From: Dictyostelium discoideum
Lineage: Eukaryota
Length of the DNA: 64,000 nucleotides
Reading direction: 5' to 3'
Assembly (NCBI GenBank): GCA_000004695.1
Contig: CM000152.2
Location: forward strand, 768,001 to 832,000
Shown here: one piece after another, positions 28,322 to 42,000 of the stretch
Position numbering within the stretch: position 1 is the first letter of the stretch
Layout of the letters: each line of letters opens with the position of its first letter
Notes under the pieces: generated by a model
The model's input: only the letters and a program-made list of their open reading frames with translations
Database searches by the model: none
Told to the model about the DNA's origin: nothing
Translations under genes and position numbers: made by a program

Positions 28322-28754
28322 ATTAGTTCTCATTTTATACTATGATTACTAACAATATATTTATATTATAGTATGATTGACCCAAGTGTTGATTTAACAA
28401 ACACATATATGGATGCAGCTGGTATTTCAGATATTATAGCATCAGATTCATCAACTACAACTTCACCATCTTCTCCATCAACTTCAAATATGTTTTTAAC
28501 TCCAATGGTTACTACTACTACCACATCAGAAACTTCATCTTCTTCTGATTCTTCTGTCAATATTATTCCAAATAATACTAATACCATCACCAATATACTA
28601 ATAAAAGAAGAAGATACCAATAATGGTAACAACAATAAGAAATCTAAAAAGAGAACCATAGATTCTAGGGTTCAAAATAGTAAGTAATAATAGGTTATCC
28701 CCCCTTTTTTTAAAAAAATATAAAAAAGAAGTTTTTATTAATTGAATTTTATAA

Positions 28755-28829
<75 letters not shown>

Positions 28830-29167
28830 GTTGTTCATCCATTAACTAGAGAAGAATTATTAAAGATTGCAGGTAAAGAACCAGTACAGGTTGTAGATCC
28901 ACCAACTCATAATCAAGAGGATGAAAGAAATGTAAAGAAACAAAGAAGATTAATAAAGAATCGTGAAAGTGCACAACTCTCAAGAATGAGAAAGAAGATT
29001 TACATTGAAGATCTTGAAAAAACCATTAGTGATTTAACTCAAGATAATAGTTCATTAAAAGAAGAAGTATTATACCTTCAAGGTTTAGTTAAACAATTAG
29101 CAGCACAAAATAGTAATAGTAATAATAATAGTGTTATTGATATCAATAACAATAATGTAAATAATAG

Positions 29168-29205
<38 letters not shown>

Positions 29206-29603
29206 TTAATAATAGTAATAACAATAACAATAACAATAATAATAATAGTACAAATAAACAACAACAAAGTAAAAATGTAAAAGCAGCTGGTGTTTGTCTT
29301 TTACTTATCTTTTTCAGTTTAGGAGTATTCTTCCAACCACCACAATCATCTACTCAACGATTCGGAGCAATTACATCTTTTGATGTTAAACCCACTCATT
29401 CCATCCTTTCAATGTCCGACAGTGAATCATCCCCTCAAAAATCTCTACGTCTATCAAGTAATCATCATTCCCTTCCTGATGGTACTTTTAATACAATCCC
29501 TATTGACCAGCAAACAACAGCAACAACCAATACAAAATCATTACCATCTTATGTTTTAAATAATAATGATGATAGTGATAGCGACTATGAAAATGTAAAC
29601 ATC

Positions 29604-29695
<92 letters not shown>

Positions 29696-30263
29696 TAATA
29701 ACAATAATAATATTAAGAGAAAACAACATCAACAAAATCCTCAATCTGATAGTTTTCAAAATAGGAAAAAAATTAAAATTAATCTTGCAACAGAGAATAC
29801 GGAAGGAGATGGACCATTGGTTTCAAAATCATCAGCCACCACTACCACCACCACCACAACAACCACCACTACATCAACACCAAAGACACCTCAAATTTCA
29901 GAGGATGTTTCTATTGATGAAATAGAGGAACCAATGGTTCATTCATCTCAACAATATATTGTTTGTTCAGATTCTCCTAGAATCGTTTCAAATAATATCA
30001 CTCAAACAACTGAAAGTTTGTTAAATTCAAATTCAACAAATCCAATTACAATTGGCTTATTATTACCAGCTGAAAGTTTAAATTTACACAACATTGTAAA
30101 TAATATTGGTGGTGGTGAAAGATCAATTTTAGAAATTAGTTGTCAAGTTTCAAATATCCGTGTTTGGAATCCTTTATCAATTGACATTGATCATCAATCC
30201 TCAATTGTTCCTGCCTCCTCTTCTTCATCTTCAGCTTCTTCAATATTTACAAATCATTTTTAA
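27514..30263 (+). CDS. Membrane-tethered bZIP transcription factor (ATF6/CREB3/OASIS-like)
   Basis: Three exons: 27514..28277, 28372..28679 and 28831..30263. Intron 1 has a TACTAAC branch site, and intron 2 is largely (TTA)n. The bZIP basic region is KKQRRLIKNRESAQLSRMRKKIYIEDLEKTISDLTQDNSSLKEEVLYLQGLVKQL. A single hydrophobic transmembrane segment (AAGVCLLLIFFSLGVFFQ) lies about 60 aa downstream, as in regulated-intramembrane-proteolysis bZIP factors. PolyQ, polyN and polyT tracts are present. Confidence 0.75.
28758..28826. repeat. (TTA)~23 microsatellite in bZIP gene intron 2
   Basis: Directly visible. Abuts the TAG acceptor at 28830. Confidence 0.95.
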
Positions 30264-30920
30264 AGAAAAAAAAAAAAAAAAAAAAAAAATTACCCCAACA
30301 CTTTTTTTTTTCTTTTTACTTTATTTTATTTTTTTTATATATTTATTTATATCTCTTACAAATACATTTTTTTTACGTCTTTTAATACATACGCATTTTT
30401 TAATATAAAATAAAAATAAAAAATAAAAAAAAAAAAAACATATAAAAAAAAACTTAATTATTTCTTTTTTTCCTTATTTCTTTTTTCTTTTTCCTTTTTT
30501 TTTTTTTTTCCCCCAACTTTCTTTTTAATAAATTATTTAATTAATTTATTAATTAATGTTAATAAAAAAAATATTAATTAATTCTTACTTTTATGGTAAT
30601 ATCGAATCTCTAAAATTAAATAGTGACATTATTAAGTTTTTTTTTTTTTCTATTTAATTATTTTTTATTTTTTTTATTTTTATTTTATTTTTTTTTATTT
30701 TTTTATTATTTTTTTTATTTTTTTTTATTTTTTTTTATTTTTAAAAAGGAAAGAATAAAATGCTGATTGTGGTTTTGATTTAATTTTATTATTTTTTTTT
30801 TTTAAATAACCAAAAAAAATTTGATTTTCAATTTTGGACATTTCTAAAAAAAGTAAAATCTTGTAATAAAACCTTTTAAGGACTAACTAAAAAAATATTT
30901 CCAAAGATGGACGATCTTTA

Positions 30921-30952
<32 letters not shown>

Positions 30953-31298
30953 GTATAAAAAGAAAATTTTTTTATTATCCAAATAGTCATTTTATACAAA
31001 AAATCAGTAAATCAAAGTTTAAAAATAATAATTTTATAAATCAAATAAAAAAAAAAAAAAAACCAATGCCAACTTGTAACAAACTTAAAAATAATAATTT
31101 TTATAAATATTTAAATCAAATAAAAATGTATAAAATAATTTAATAATCATTTTTATTTAAAAAAAAAAAAAAAAAAAAAAAATCAATTTTTTATTATAGT
31201 TATTTGTTGTTTTAATATGACTTGTTCAATAACAGGGTTAAAAGATTTATCTCGGACAAAACCATTTGATTCCATCTTCTAATTGTTTAATAAAAGAA

Positions 31299-31546
<248 letters not shown>

Positions 31547-31905
31547 CTTTAATTAAAGTAGATCTTTTAACTCATGGCTTTTGAACTTGGTAAATATATT
31601 TATAATACATAGAATATAATGTCCTATATTTATAATATTATTTTTTACAATTAAAATAACAATATCAATAATAAAAATAATTTTTTTTTTTTTTAAAAAT
31701 CAATTAAATTTTAATTTATTTGAAAAAAAGTAAAGGTATTTACACTTTATTTATATAATAAAAATATCTAAAAAAATAGATTTGGATAATTTTAATTTTT
31801 TTTTTTTTTTTTTTTTTTTCTATTTCTTTCTTTCTTCTCTTAGATAAACATTAAATTTTTACTTGTTCTTCAAAAACCTGCCAAATATGTTTTTCTAAAT
31901 CTCAC

Positions 31906-32190
31906 TGGCTGTAACTCAGTATTAAAATTCTTTGTGAATACTTTTTCAACTGATCAATTGAATGGCTACCCCCTACTCAAATAATCCACTATTAAAATGC
32001 TTTGTTAATACTTTTCCAACCTATCAATTGAATGGCTACCCCTTACTCAAATAACCCACTATTAAAATGCTTTGAGAATAGTTTTGCAACTGCTCAATTG
32101 AATGGCTACCCCTTACTCAAATAATCCAGTATTTAAATGCTTGTGAATAGTTTTGCAACTGCTCAATTTAATGGCTAGCCATCACTCAAC
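31906..32190. repeat. Tandem array, about 4.5 copies of a 70-bp unit (consensus ~TGGCTACCCCTTACTCAAATAATCCACTATTAAAATGCTTTGWGAATAGTTTTGCAACTGCTCAATTGAA)
   Basis: Unit boundaries are at 31906, 31963, 32033, 32103 and 32172. Copies 2-4 are about 90% identical, while the outer copies are degenerate. Non-coding and intergenic. Confidence 0.9.
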
Positions 32191-32627
32191 AACAGATGGT
32201 TTAATAAATTATTGGAGGTAACAAAGACTTTTCTCAAAAGGAGTTTTTAGTGTCGGTTCCTCAATAATTAAATAATAAAAAAAACAAAACTAAAGAATAA
32301 TATAAAACAATTAAAAAAATAGATTTTTTATCTTTTTTGTTGTCAAAATTATAATATTTCTAATTTAATTTTAAAAACATTTACCAATATTAGTAAATGA
32401 GTTTTAATATTTAACCAGTACTGTCTTGGTCATCTATACCATATACTTGACCCAAATCAGTAACGCCAACCTTGTAAGAGGAGCTCCATGTAATAAACTA
32501 TCATTTATTTTATTTTTTTTTTGAATAAATAATTGACCGTTTTATTTTTTTTTTTTTTTTTTAAAATATATATATTTTTTTTTTTTTTATTTTTTTTTTT
32601 TTCGATAGATATTTTTATTATTATTAT

Positions 32628-32684
<57 letters not shown>

Positions 32685-32737
32685 TATTTATTGTTATTTA
32701 TTTATTATTACAATGATTAAAAAAAAACTATCTTTTT

Positions 32738-33121
32738 TTAACTTAAAACTTCATATGCAACAGATTCTCTTTTGTGGACAGCAACTTTATGAGATAAAAC
32801 ATTATGTAAAAATTGTACACATTTTTGGGAAAGAACTAAACCTTCCATTGGATTTGAACTTGATACGTCGTATAAATTTGGAGCAACAACGATTGCTAAA
32901 TTTTGAGCTGTCATTTTATTGACATCAGAGAAACTTGAAACCATTAATAATAAATGCATTAACCAATCTAATAAACTTTTTTGTGGTTCTGGTAAATTCT
33001 TTGCTGATTGAACGCATTCATCAATATCTGTACTATAGAAAATCTTTTCTGTTGGAATTGAATTTAAAATTGGTGTTGGTAATTCTCTATACCAAATCTA
33101 ATAAAAAAAATAAAAAAATAA

Positions 33122-33154
<33 letters not shown>

Positions 33155-34121
33155 TGAAAATAAATATTAATAATTATTTAAAATATTTTTTAAAATTGAT
33201 TAATTTTAAAAAAAAAAAAAAAACATACCTTAATTAAAGAAGCAACAGTATTAATATCAGTTGAAGAAGTGAAATCATTTCTATTCATTGCTTCTTTTAA
33301 ACGTTTAATTTCAGTTTGTTCACCAGCTAAACGGAAAATACCTTCTTGTTGTAAACCACCATTATCAATTAAAGATCTTTTCATTAATGCTAAAATATAT
33401 GGTACTCTAAATCCTTCATCTTCAACATGCTCTAAAGTATTTGGATCAACACCAAACACACCAGTTTCACATCTAATTTTAACCGTTAAAAAATGTGATG
33501 CTCCACCTTCAACTCTTAATACAACTTTATGATTTGTATTTATCTTTTGATTAACCATTAATTTAACTTTAATTGTTTTACTTTTTCCCTATAAAATAAT
33601 TAAATTATTAAAATTTATGAAATATAATAAGTATATATGTATATGTGTTTATAATTTTTTTTTTTTTTTTTTTTTTTTTTTTCCCAATAAATATTTAATT
33701 ATAATGAAATAATTTACTTTATCAAGTGATCCAGATGTAGGACTAAAACTTAATTGAAATTCTTTTGGTTGTAAAGGTTCAAAATGAAACTTTAATTTTG
33801 TTTTACTTGAATTACTAATTGTGAATTGATCTTGTACAACCGACTTTAATGGGCATGGTTTTTCACCTAAATTAAAGTCTAACAGATTTTTTGAAACCTT
33901 TTTTTTTTTTTAAATTTATTTTATTTTTGTATGTATAGGTTAGTAGTGATTTATTTAATAATAAAGAAAAAAAAAAAAATTATAAAAAGATATGACTGAC
34001 TTACTTCTAAACCACCACTATAATTTGATGTACCTAATTCGTCTATTGTTGGTTTTGCTTTATAATCTATTGAAGAAGCAACCGTCACAGAAGACGAGGA
34101 TTTACTTGAAGAAGAACCCAT
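32738..34121 (-). CDS. RhoGAP-domain protein with N-terminal myristoylation motif
   Basis: Four minus-strand exons: 34005..34121, 33718..33897, 33229..33588 and 32738..33097 (338 aa). All introns are phase 0 with donors GTAAGT, GTAAAT and GTATGT. The intron 1 acceptor is AG; the intron 2 and 3 acceptors are TAG. The N-terminus MGSSSSKSS fits the N-myristoylation consensus MGxxxS. Exons 3-4 encode the RhoGAP core (GIFRLAGEQTEIKRLKE ... MTAQNLAIVVAPNL). A beta-rich domain (FHFEPLQPKEFQLSFSP) precedes it. Confidence 0.7.
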
Positions 34122-34520
34122 CTTAGATGAAGTCTTGCTTACTTTTTCTTTCTTTTCTTTTTCAGGTTTCGTCACTTTTTCTAAACTATATATACACACA
34201 AAGGCGTTTGTCTCCCAATCACGTACTTCTACAACAACCTAACTACTACTACTGCTACTACTACTACTGCTGCTCTAACTTCCACTAATATATCCTTCTT
34301 CTTATTAAACTTTCAATTGAGATGCCTTTTTTTTTTTTTGTTGTTTTTTTTTTTTTTACGTGTGTTGAAATAAAAAAAAAAAAAAATAAAAAAATAAAAA
34401 AGCTAAAAAAATTAAATTTTTGAATTAAAAAATAAATAATAAATAAATAAATAAATAAATAAAAATTGGATTAAAATATTTATAACACACAAACACACAA
34501 AAAAAAATTTTTAAAATTTG

Positions 34521-34552
<32 letters not shown>

Positions 34553-35174
34553 GTAATGTTTTAGTCGCCTTGAAAAAATATCTTTTTTTTTTTTTTTTTT
34601 TTTTTTTTTGTATTGTTTTTTTTTTTATAAATTTTATTTTTTTTATTTTATTTTTACTTTTTTTTTTACTGATTCAAAAAATATAAGGAATAGATATTAA
34701 GAAAAAAAAAAAGATAATAATGATTATTTAGTTTTTTTATTATTATTTTTATTTTATTTTGTGGTTGTGTTGATGTTGATAAACAATCAACTACTAAAAT
34801 TAAAAACCCAAAAAAAATAAAAAAAAAATAAAAAAAAAAATAAAAAAAATAAAAAAAAAAATAAAAAAAATAAAATAAATAAATAAAAAATTCATTAAGA
34901 AAAAAGATTAGTTCTAAAAATAACACAAAACACCAAAATTTCAAACTACAAACAATTTTTACCACACTTTTTTAAAAAAAAAAAAAAACAATTTAGTGTG
35001 TGGTAATTTTGAGAAAAAAAAAAAAAAAAAAACAAAACACACAAATTATTAAACAAATATTATAACAATTTTTTATTTTTATTTTTATTTTTTATTTTTA
35101 TTTTTAATTTTATTTTTAATTTTTTATTTTTATAATAATATATTTTGATACATATTGATACATATAAATATAAA

Positions 35175-35438
35175 ATGGTAAGAGAAATTCCAGTTTATGA
35201 ACCATTTTCGATGGATGGTGAAACTTATGAAACTGTTTTATCTCCATTAGAAAATTCAAAACAAATTCAATTGGTATTTCCATTTCAAACAACATTTTGG
35301 ACACGTTTTAAAATAATTGGTACAAATGGACCATTGGAAGATATAGAAGCTGGTCCTGGTGCAAGAGTACCAATTGGAGTTTCCAGAATTTTTAATGTTA
35401 ACGAATTTGGTCCATCAATTTTTGTTGGTAATTATTAA
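35175..35438 (+). CDS. Hypothetical small protein (87 aa)
   Basis: ORF of normal amino-acid composition (MVREIPVYEPFSMDGETYETVLSPLENSKQIQLVFPFQTTFWTRFKIIGTNGPLEDIEAGPGARVPIGVSRIFNVNEFGPSIFVGNY), sitting in an otherwise repeat-filled region. No family assignment. Confidence 0.4.
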   Translation: MVREIPVYEPFSMDGETYETVLSPLENSKQIQLVFPFQTTFWTRFKIIGTNGPLEDIEAGPGARVPIGVSRIFNVNEFGPSIFVGNY

Positions 35439-35446
35439 TAATTTTC

Positions 35447-35479
<33 letters not shown>

Positions 35480-35770
35480 AATAAATAAATAAAAAAAATA
35501 AATTTTATTATTAACATTTTCAAAAAAATTAAAAAAAAAAAAAGAGGTATTTAAAAGAAATCCAAGAACTTATATAGATACACTAAAAGTAAAAACGAGA
35601 TCAGTGCAGGGTTACAGCATCCATTTTTTAACCCAAAATTAAAATTGAAAAAAAAAAAAAAAAGATATTATTAATGTAAAAAAAAAAAAACAAAAGTAAT
35701 TTATTATAAAAAAAGGTTTAAATGGTTGTTTGTGGTAGTTTCGATTTTTTCCACTTATCATGAAAAAGAA

Positions 35771-35814
<44 letters not shown>

Positions 35815-35858
35815 AAAATAAAAATAAAAATTATATTAATATATTAAAAATAATAGTT

Positions 35859-35902
<44 letters not shown>

Positions 35903-35908
35903 TTATAC

Positions 35909-36802
35909 TTACGTAACTAAAAATAAAACAATTAATGGGAGTGCTAATGTACCAAATGTGGAGAATATTGATTTAATATCTCTTCCTACAGATTCAAAGT
36001 GATCAAATACTACAATTTTTGGATCATCTTCATCATAATAGCAATCATAGTTGGATGTAGAATATCTACAACAACCTTTCTCATAAATTATAACTTCACT
36101 ATTTATTACTTGAGTTGAATTAATTAATGGATATGTTACATTATAACTAATATCATAATAGTAAATTATACCACCAGCTTCATCTGATTTTTGGTATGTA
36201 TTTTGTTTTGTTACAGAATTCACCTGACATTTTGTGAGTACACCAATAAAATTATTTTTAGTTACTAAACTAAACCAAAGTGCCACAAATATTCCAACCC
36301 AAATTAAAGTATAAAAAATAGTTAAACCAAAAAATATTCTATAACAATAAAAACTTTTTTTATTACCTTTTTGTTTACTATTATTATTTGTATTGTTATT
36401 ATTTATATTATTATTATTTATATTATTATTACTATTACTATTATTGACTGTAATATTATTTTTTGAAGAGTTAATTATTTTAATACAACGGTCAAATAAT
36501 TCTTGTGAAGGTATTAAAATAATAATCACTGAATTTGAATGATAGTTTGTTTTTATTTTTAAAAATATTTGTTTTGGTTGCATTTCAATTTCACCTGGTG
36601 TGGTGGTGGTGTTAATAAAATTATCATCATCAAAAACAATTATGATATTTGCTGTTAAGAAATTATTATTTTCATTAAGTTCATCAAATTCATTATTCCT
36701 AATAATAAAATTTGTTTGGTTTAATGTAATATGTTTTTTCTCCCATTGTTGATATGATCCATCTTCATTTTTATAAAGAATATCAAATACACCAATTTCC
36801 AT
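35909..36802 (-). CDS. Hypothetical membrane protein
   Basis: The start is probably ATG 36802 (MEIGVFDILYKNEDGSYQQWEKK...); the ORF-track extension upstream is poly-T-derived. Hydrophobic helices are present in the middle (FFGLTIFYTLIWVGIFVALWFSLV) and at the C-terminus (FGTLALPLIVLFLVT). There is a polyN linker and a Cys-rich ectodomain segment (EKGCCRYSTSNYDCYYDEDDP). Confidence 0.5.
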   Translation of the reverse strand: MEIGVFDILYKNEDGSYQQWEKKHITLNQTNFIIRNNEFDELNENNNFLTANIIIVFDDDNFINTTTTPGEIEMQPKQIFLKIKTNYHSNSVIIILIPSQELFDRCIKIINSSKNNITVNNSNSNNNINNNNINNNNTNNNSKQKGNKKSFYCYRIFFGLTIFYTLIWVGIFVALWFSLVTKNNFIGVLTKCQVNSVTKQNTYQKSDEAGGIIYYYDISYNVTYPLINSTQVINSEVIIYEKGCCRYSTSNYDCYYDEDDPKIVVFDHFESVGRDIKSIFSTFGTLALPLIVLFLVT

Positions 36803-36845
36803 TTTAAACTTGTTTAAATTTAAAATATGGATTAAAAAAAAAAAC

Positions 36846-36876
<31 letters not shown>

Positions 36877-37260
36877 TTTTTTTTTTAAAATGATCAAAAA
36901 AGATATTTTTTTTTTTTTTTATAAAAAAAAAATAATGCTGTTTTGTTGTTTTTGGGAAGATATGATTTTGTGAAAGGTCAGAAAATTTTATAATTTTCAA
37001 ATAACTTTTTTTATAATTTGAGTTACTATTCCAAACACAAAATTGTACTACACTTGTTTTGGTTTCACGATCATTAAATATCTACATACATCACCATTTT
37101 GTGTCTTTTACAAAAAAACAAAAATAAAAAAAAAAATAAAAAAAAAAAAAAACAGTTTTTAAAAAAATGAGATATTCCAATCTATTTGGAAAAAAGATAC
37201 TTTTTTTATTTTTTTTTTTTATTTTAATTTATTTTATTTTATTTTATTTTATTTTTTTAT

Positions 37261-38859
37261 TTATTTTCTTTTTTCAATTTTTGCATTGTAATTTGCACAA
37301 TTCATTACTAAACCATATTCACCAATTTCTTTTAATGGTTGATTTGGTGATGGATTTGAAAATTTATAATTTTTAATTAATCTTACAACTGTTAGAAATA
37401 TCATATACTCTGCAAATGATTTACCAATACAACCTCTTAAACCTAATCCAAAACTAACAATATTTTTATTTTTTTCCTTAATATTGGCATTATCAATGAA
37501 CCTTTCTGGTATAAATGATAATGGTTTATCCCAATATTGTTCAGATCTACTACTACTATAAATATTTTGAATAATTTGAGTACCTTTTGCAATTTTAAAA
37601 CCTTTAATTTCGACATCATTTGAACAATAATGTGGTTCAGATAATGGTGCAATTGAATAGAGTCTATGAGTTTCCTTAATTACAGCACATGTATATGGAC
37701 ATTTAAATCTATCATTAATACTAATTTCATCATTTTTTAAATTTGTAATAATTTCATTATAAACTTTTTCTTGAATTTCTGGATTATTAATTAAAGATAC
37801 CAATAAAAATGATAGAGTATTTGCACTTGAATCTGTACCAGCCAATAATAAATTTGTACATGAACTCAAAACTGATTCAAATTTAATTTCACCATTTAAA
37901 TAATTCTCTAAATATGCTTCAACAATACTTTTTCTTTCTTCTCCTTCTTTTTCTTTATTATTATTATTATTATCATTTAATTTTGATAATTGTTGATTAA
38001 CATTTTTTGATACAAAATTTGTTAAAACTTGAAAATCTTTAAAGAAATTATTTCTTGATAAATTTATTAAATCAAATGGTAATAATATTGGAATGAAATC
38101 AGAATAAAATAAAGATCCAGATGTTTTAAAAAATCTACCAATTGAAAATATAATATGTTTTTTCTCTTTATCAACATCATCGTCATCTTTATTATTAATA
38201 TTATTTGTATTGTTACAATAAATTGATTGTTTACCAAATATTAAAATTGACATAATATTAAATAACATGAATTTCATATTTTCATTAATATTTGTAACAA
38301 TATTATCATTATTTTTACTTTTATAAAGTTGTTCAGCCATTAAATCAACTTGTGATTGAATTTCAAATTGATAAGATTTTATTTTTCTTGGAGTCATTTG
38401 AGTTTGAAAAATTGTTTTTAAAATTTTCCAATATTCCCCATTTGAATGAATTATATCTAATCCATTATTGATTTTTCTAGATTTTTTAACGAATCTATCA
38501 ACAAATGAATGTTTATTAAATAAAAATGATTCTTCTAAAGTATCGATACCAGTTAGTACTACAGTTTCAATATTACCCATTCTTAATCTATATACTGGTC
38601 CAAATTCTTTATAAAATCCGTCAATACTTTTTACAACATTTTTATTTATTTGAAATAAATTTCCAACAATTGGATATCCAATAGGTCCAGGTATATTTTT
38701 ATTTATTTTTGAAATTCTTGAAGGCTATCATAAAAAAAAAAATTAATACACTATATTGTAATTTTTTTTTTTTTAATTATTTTCAAATTTTAATTTTTCA
38801 ATTCATACAATTAAAAAATATAAAGTAATTACAAATAAAAATAATAATGATAAAATCAT
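37261..38859 (-). CDS. Cytochrome P450 monooxygenase
   Basis: Two minus-strand exons: 38809..38859 (MILSLLFLFVITLYFLI signal anchor, GTATGA donor) and 37261..38724 (starts PSRISKINKNIPGPIGYPIVGNL, the Pro-rich hinge). The heme-binding loop FGLGLRGCIGKSFA is present, with the ETHR motif upstream. Total 504 aa. Confidence 0.85.
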
Positions 38860-38957
38860 TTTTTATAAGATTTATTTAAATCCAATAAATAATAAAGGAA
38901 TATTTTTTTGATTAGTATTTAAAAAAATTAAATAATATAAAATATTATAAATAAATT

Positions 38958-39030
<73 letters not shown>

Positions 39031-42000
39031 TTTGGGAGGTGTTAAAAAAGATCTTAAAATAAAATGTTTATGAGGGGGTGTTAAAAAAAAAAAATAAAAA
39101 AATCTAAAAAATCATATATTATATTTATGACAACATAAATTCAAATTCGCCATTTGTTTTTTTTTACCTTTTTTTAATTTAATAACGTAAGATTTTTATT
39201 TAATTATTTGGTGTTTGGTGTTTATTTTATAATACTATTTCACAAACACAAAAAAAAAAAAAAAAAATCTGAAGTACACAAAAAATTGTTTATTTTTTTT
39301 TTTTTTTTTTATTTAATTTTAACGTATGAATGAAAATAAATTCATTATTTTTTTAATTTATTTTTTTATTTTATTTTATTATATTTTTTTTTTTTTTTTT
39401 GGAATAAAGAAATAAACAAATCAGGTTTTTTTTTATCTTTTTATTTTTTTATTTTTAAATTTTTTTATTTTTTTTAATTCAAACTGCACTAATCTATAAT
39501 AAAAAAAAAAAATTATTTATTTTTTTATTTATTTTATTTTAAAACTATAGATTATTTTTATTTTTCAATAAAATTACTATTACTTAACACTTGTATTAAA
39601 AATAAATAAATTTAAAAGAGTGTTTAAAAAATATATTATTATTATTATTTTTTTAATGATTTATTTTTTAAAAAAAAAATTATTTTATTAAAAATTTAAT
39701 TTTATTGGATGTTTATTCTGGCAATTTATACTTGTTTTCCAAAAATATATATAGTATTAAGAAATAGAACTACCAATTTTTGGTGATATCAGCTTTTTAT
39801 CTGTTTTCTCCACTCTGGGTAAAAATACGCATTTTTTTTATAATTTTAAAAAAAAGTGTCTCTTTGTGGAATAAAAAGCATTATACTAAAATTAAAAAAA
39901 GTTAATTAAAATGAAAAAAACAAATCAATCAGTTTACATCCCAACTTTTAAAAATTAACTTTGATCGTTGCAATTTTTAATTTTTTTTTTTTTTTTTTTT
40001 TAATATTATTTTTTTTTTTTTTTTTTTTTAATCATTTGTTTTTTTAAAATTATTATTTTTTTTTTTTTTTTTTATTGTTTTTTAATTCATTTGTTTTTTA
40101 AAATTATTATTTTTATCATTTAAAAAAATTTTTTTAAAAAAAAAACTATTTAAACAAAAAAATAGGAAACATAACTATTTATGGTATCAACAAGTACAGA
40201 TTCATTAAAACAAATAAAAAAATTATTTTTAATTGAAAAAAAAAAAGATTTAAATAATTAAAATCTACTGTTTTTAAAATAAACTTGATAATGATTCAAA
40301 TAATTTATTTAAAAATAAAATAAAAAAATTAAATGAATTAATTTATTATATGTTAAATTAAAAATGTATTTTTCATATTAATAATAACAATTAATTATTA
40401 ATTGTTTAATTTATTTTTTTTTTAAAAAAAAAAAAAAAACACCCTATGCATATATTAAAATTATGATAAATGAGATATTCATGATTTAATTACTTTATAT
40501 TATTATTATTATTATTATTATTATCACTCAGTGCGATTTTTTTTTAATCTCTAACCCACCACCATATTTTTTTGATTCTACCTATTTATTTTGAATTTAA
40601 ATATTTTATTTTTTTTAAAAAAAAAAAACAATTAAAAAAATTTTTTTTTTTGAAATAATATATATAGTGAGCCATTTCCATATTTGTTTTTTAAAACTTT
40701 TTTTTAAAATTTCTTTTAAATTTGTGGTTAAAGTGTGATGTTTTTTTTGTACATAATGAATTATATATTAAAAAAAAAAAAAAAAAAAACCAATCAAAAA
40801 TAACAATAAAATTTTATGACCAAAATCTACAAAAAAAAAAAAAAGTTCTTACTTGCAAAATTTTTATATTTATTTATTATTTTTTTTATTTTTTTTATTT
40901 ATTTGTTTTATTTTTTTTTGTTTTTTTTATTTTTTTTTTAAAAATAATTTATAAACATACCACCAACAAAATTACAGTGGTACACCACCCAATTTCATTG
41001 GGATTGTTTATTTAATTTTTTGAGGTGGTAATTATTGTAGTTGCAATATTGCTACTGCAATTTTTGATTTTGAAAAATTAAGGGGTGGTAACACATTGTT
41101 TTATTGTATTTTGTTCTATTTTGTGTTGTTGTTGTTGTTGTAATAAAAATTAATTAATTCAAAAAATTAGTTTTCTTATTATCCATGTGAAAAAGACCCC
41201 ATTTATTAAAAAAACTACTTTTTTTATACATATTTGTTAAATTGTTTTTTTGGTTGAATAGATAATCATACCTTTTTTGTTAAAATTTAAAATTTTAACC
41301 ACAAATAATAATAAAAAAAATAAAATATAAGAAAAAAACCTTTTGAAAATCAAAAACCTAAACCTTTTTTTTTTGTGAATCTACAAAATTTTTTAACCCA
41401 AACTCACACCAATACAACGCCTACACAATCACCAATAGAAGTAATAATTGCCATCACCACTATAATTTTAGTGCGATAGTATTGGTAATACCCTACTCCA
41501 AAATCAAATTTTTTTTTTTTTTTTTTGATGATCATAACAATAAATTGTTTTCAATTACTAAGAAAATGTGTGTGAGTGTGGGAGAGTGTGTTAGATATAA
41601 ATTTTTTTTTTCTTCAATTTTATTTTTAATTTTTATTTTTTTTTTTTTTTTGGGATTGTGGTGTATTAATTTGGATTAATAGAGCGAGAAAAAAATAAAA
41701 AAAAAGAAAATGGAAAATTTGTTTTTTGTTAACATAAAAATTGAGTGGGGTTTTTTTATTAGTGTGTATTCTCAAACATTTTGATTTTAAAGGAATCACA
41801 AATAACAGATACTATTTTTTATAATAAAACAGCAATACTACTACTACTTTTATTCATTCCTTTAGATGAAAGAAAAAAAAATAATAATAATAATGTTTTA
41901 GTGTGTAAATAATTGTAGATTTACAATCTCTAACTATAAATTATAATTTTTTTTTTATTTTATTTTATTTTTTATTTAAATACATATTCCAAATACGCAA

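Noticed and set aside
27842-28659. ORFs 27842..28288 +, 28039..28233 - and 28366..28659 -
   Set aside because: Alternate-frame or antisense readings of the bZIP gene polyQ/polyT/polyN coding repeats.
32533-33532. Plus-strand ORFs 32533..32922, 32935..33237 and 33269..33532
   Set aside because: Antisense to the RhoGAP gene exons, or translations of (TTA)n/poly-T intron sequence.
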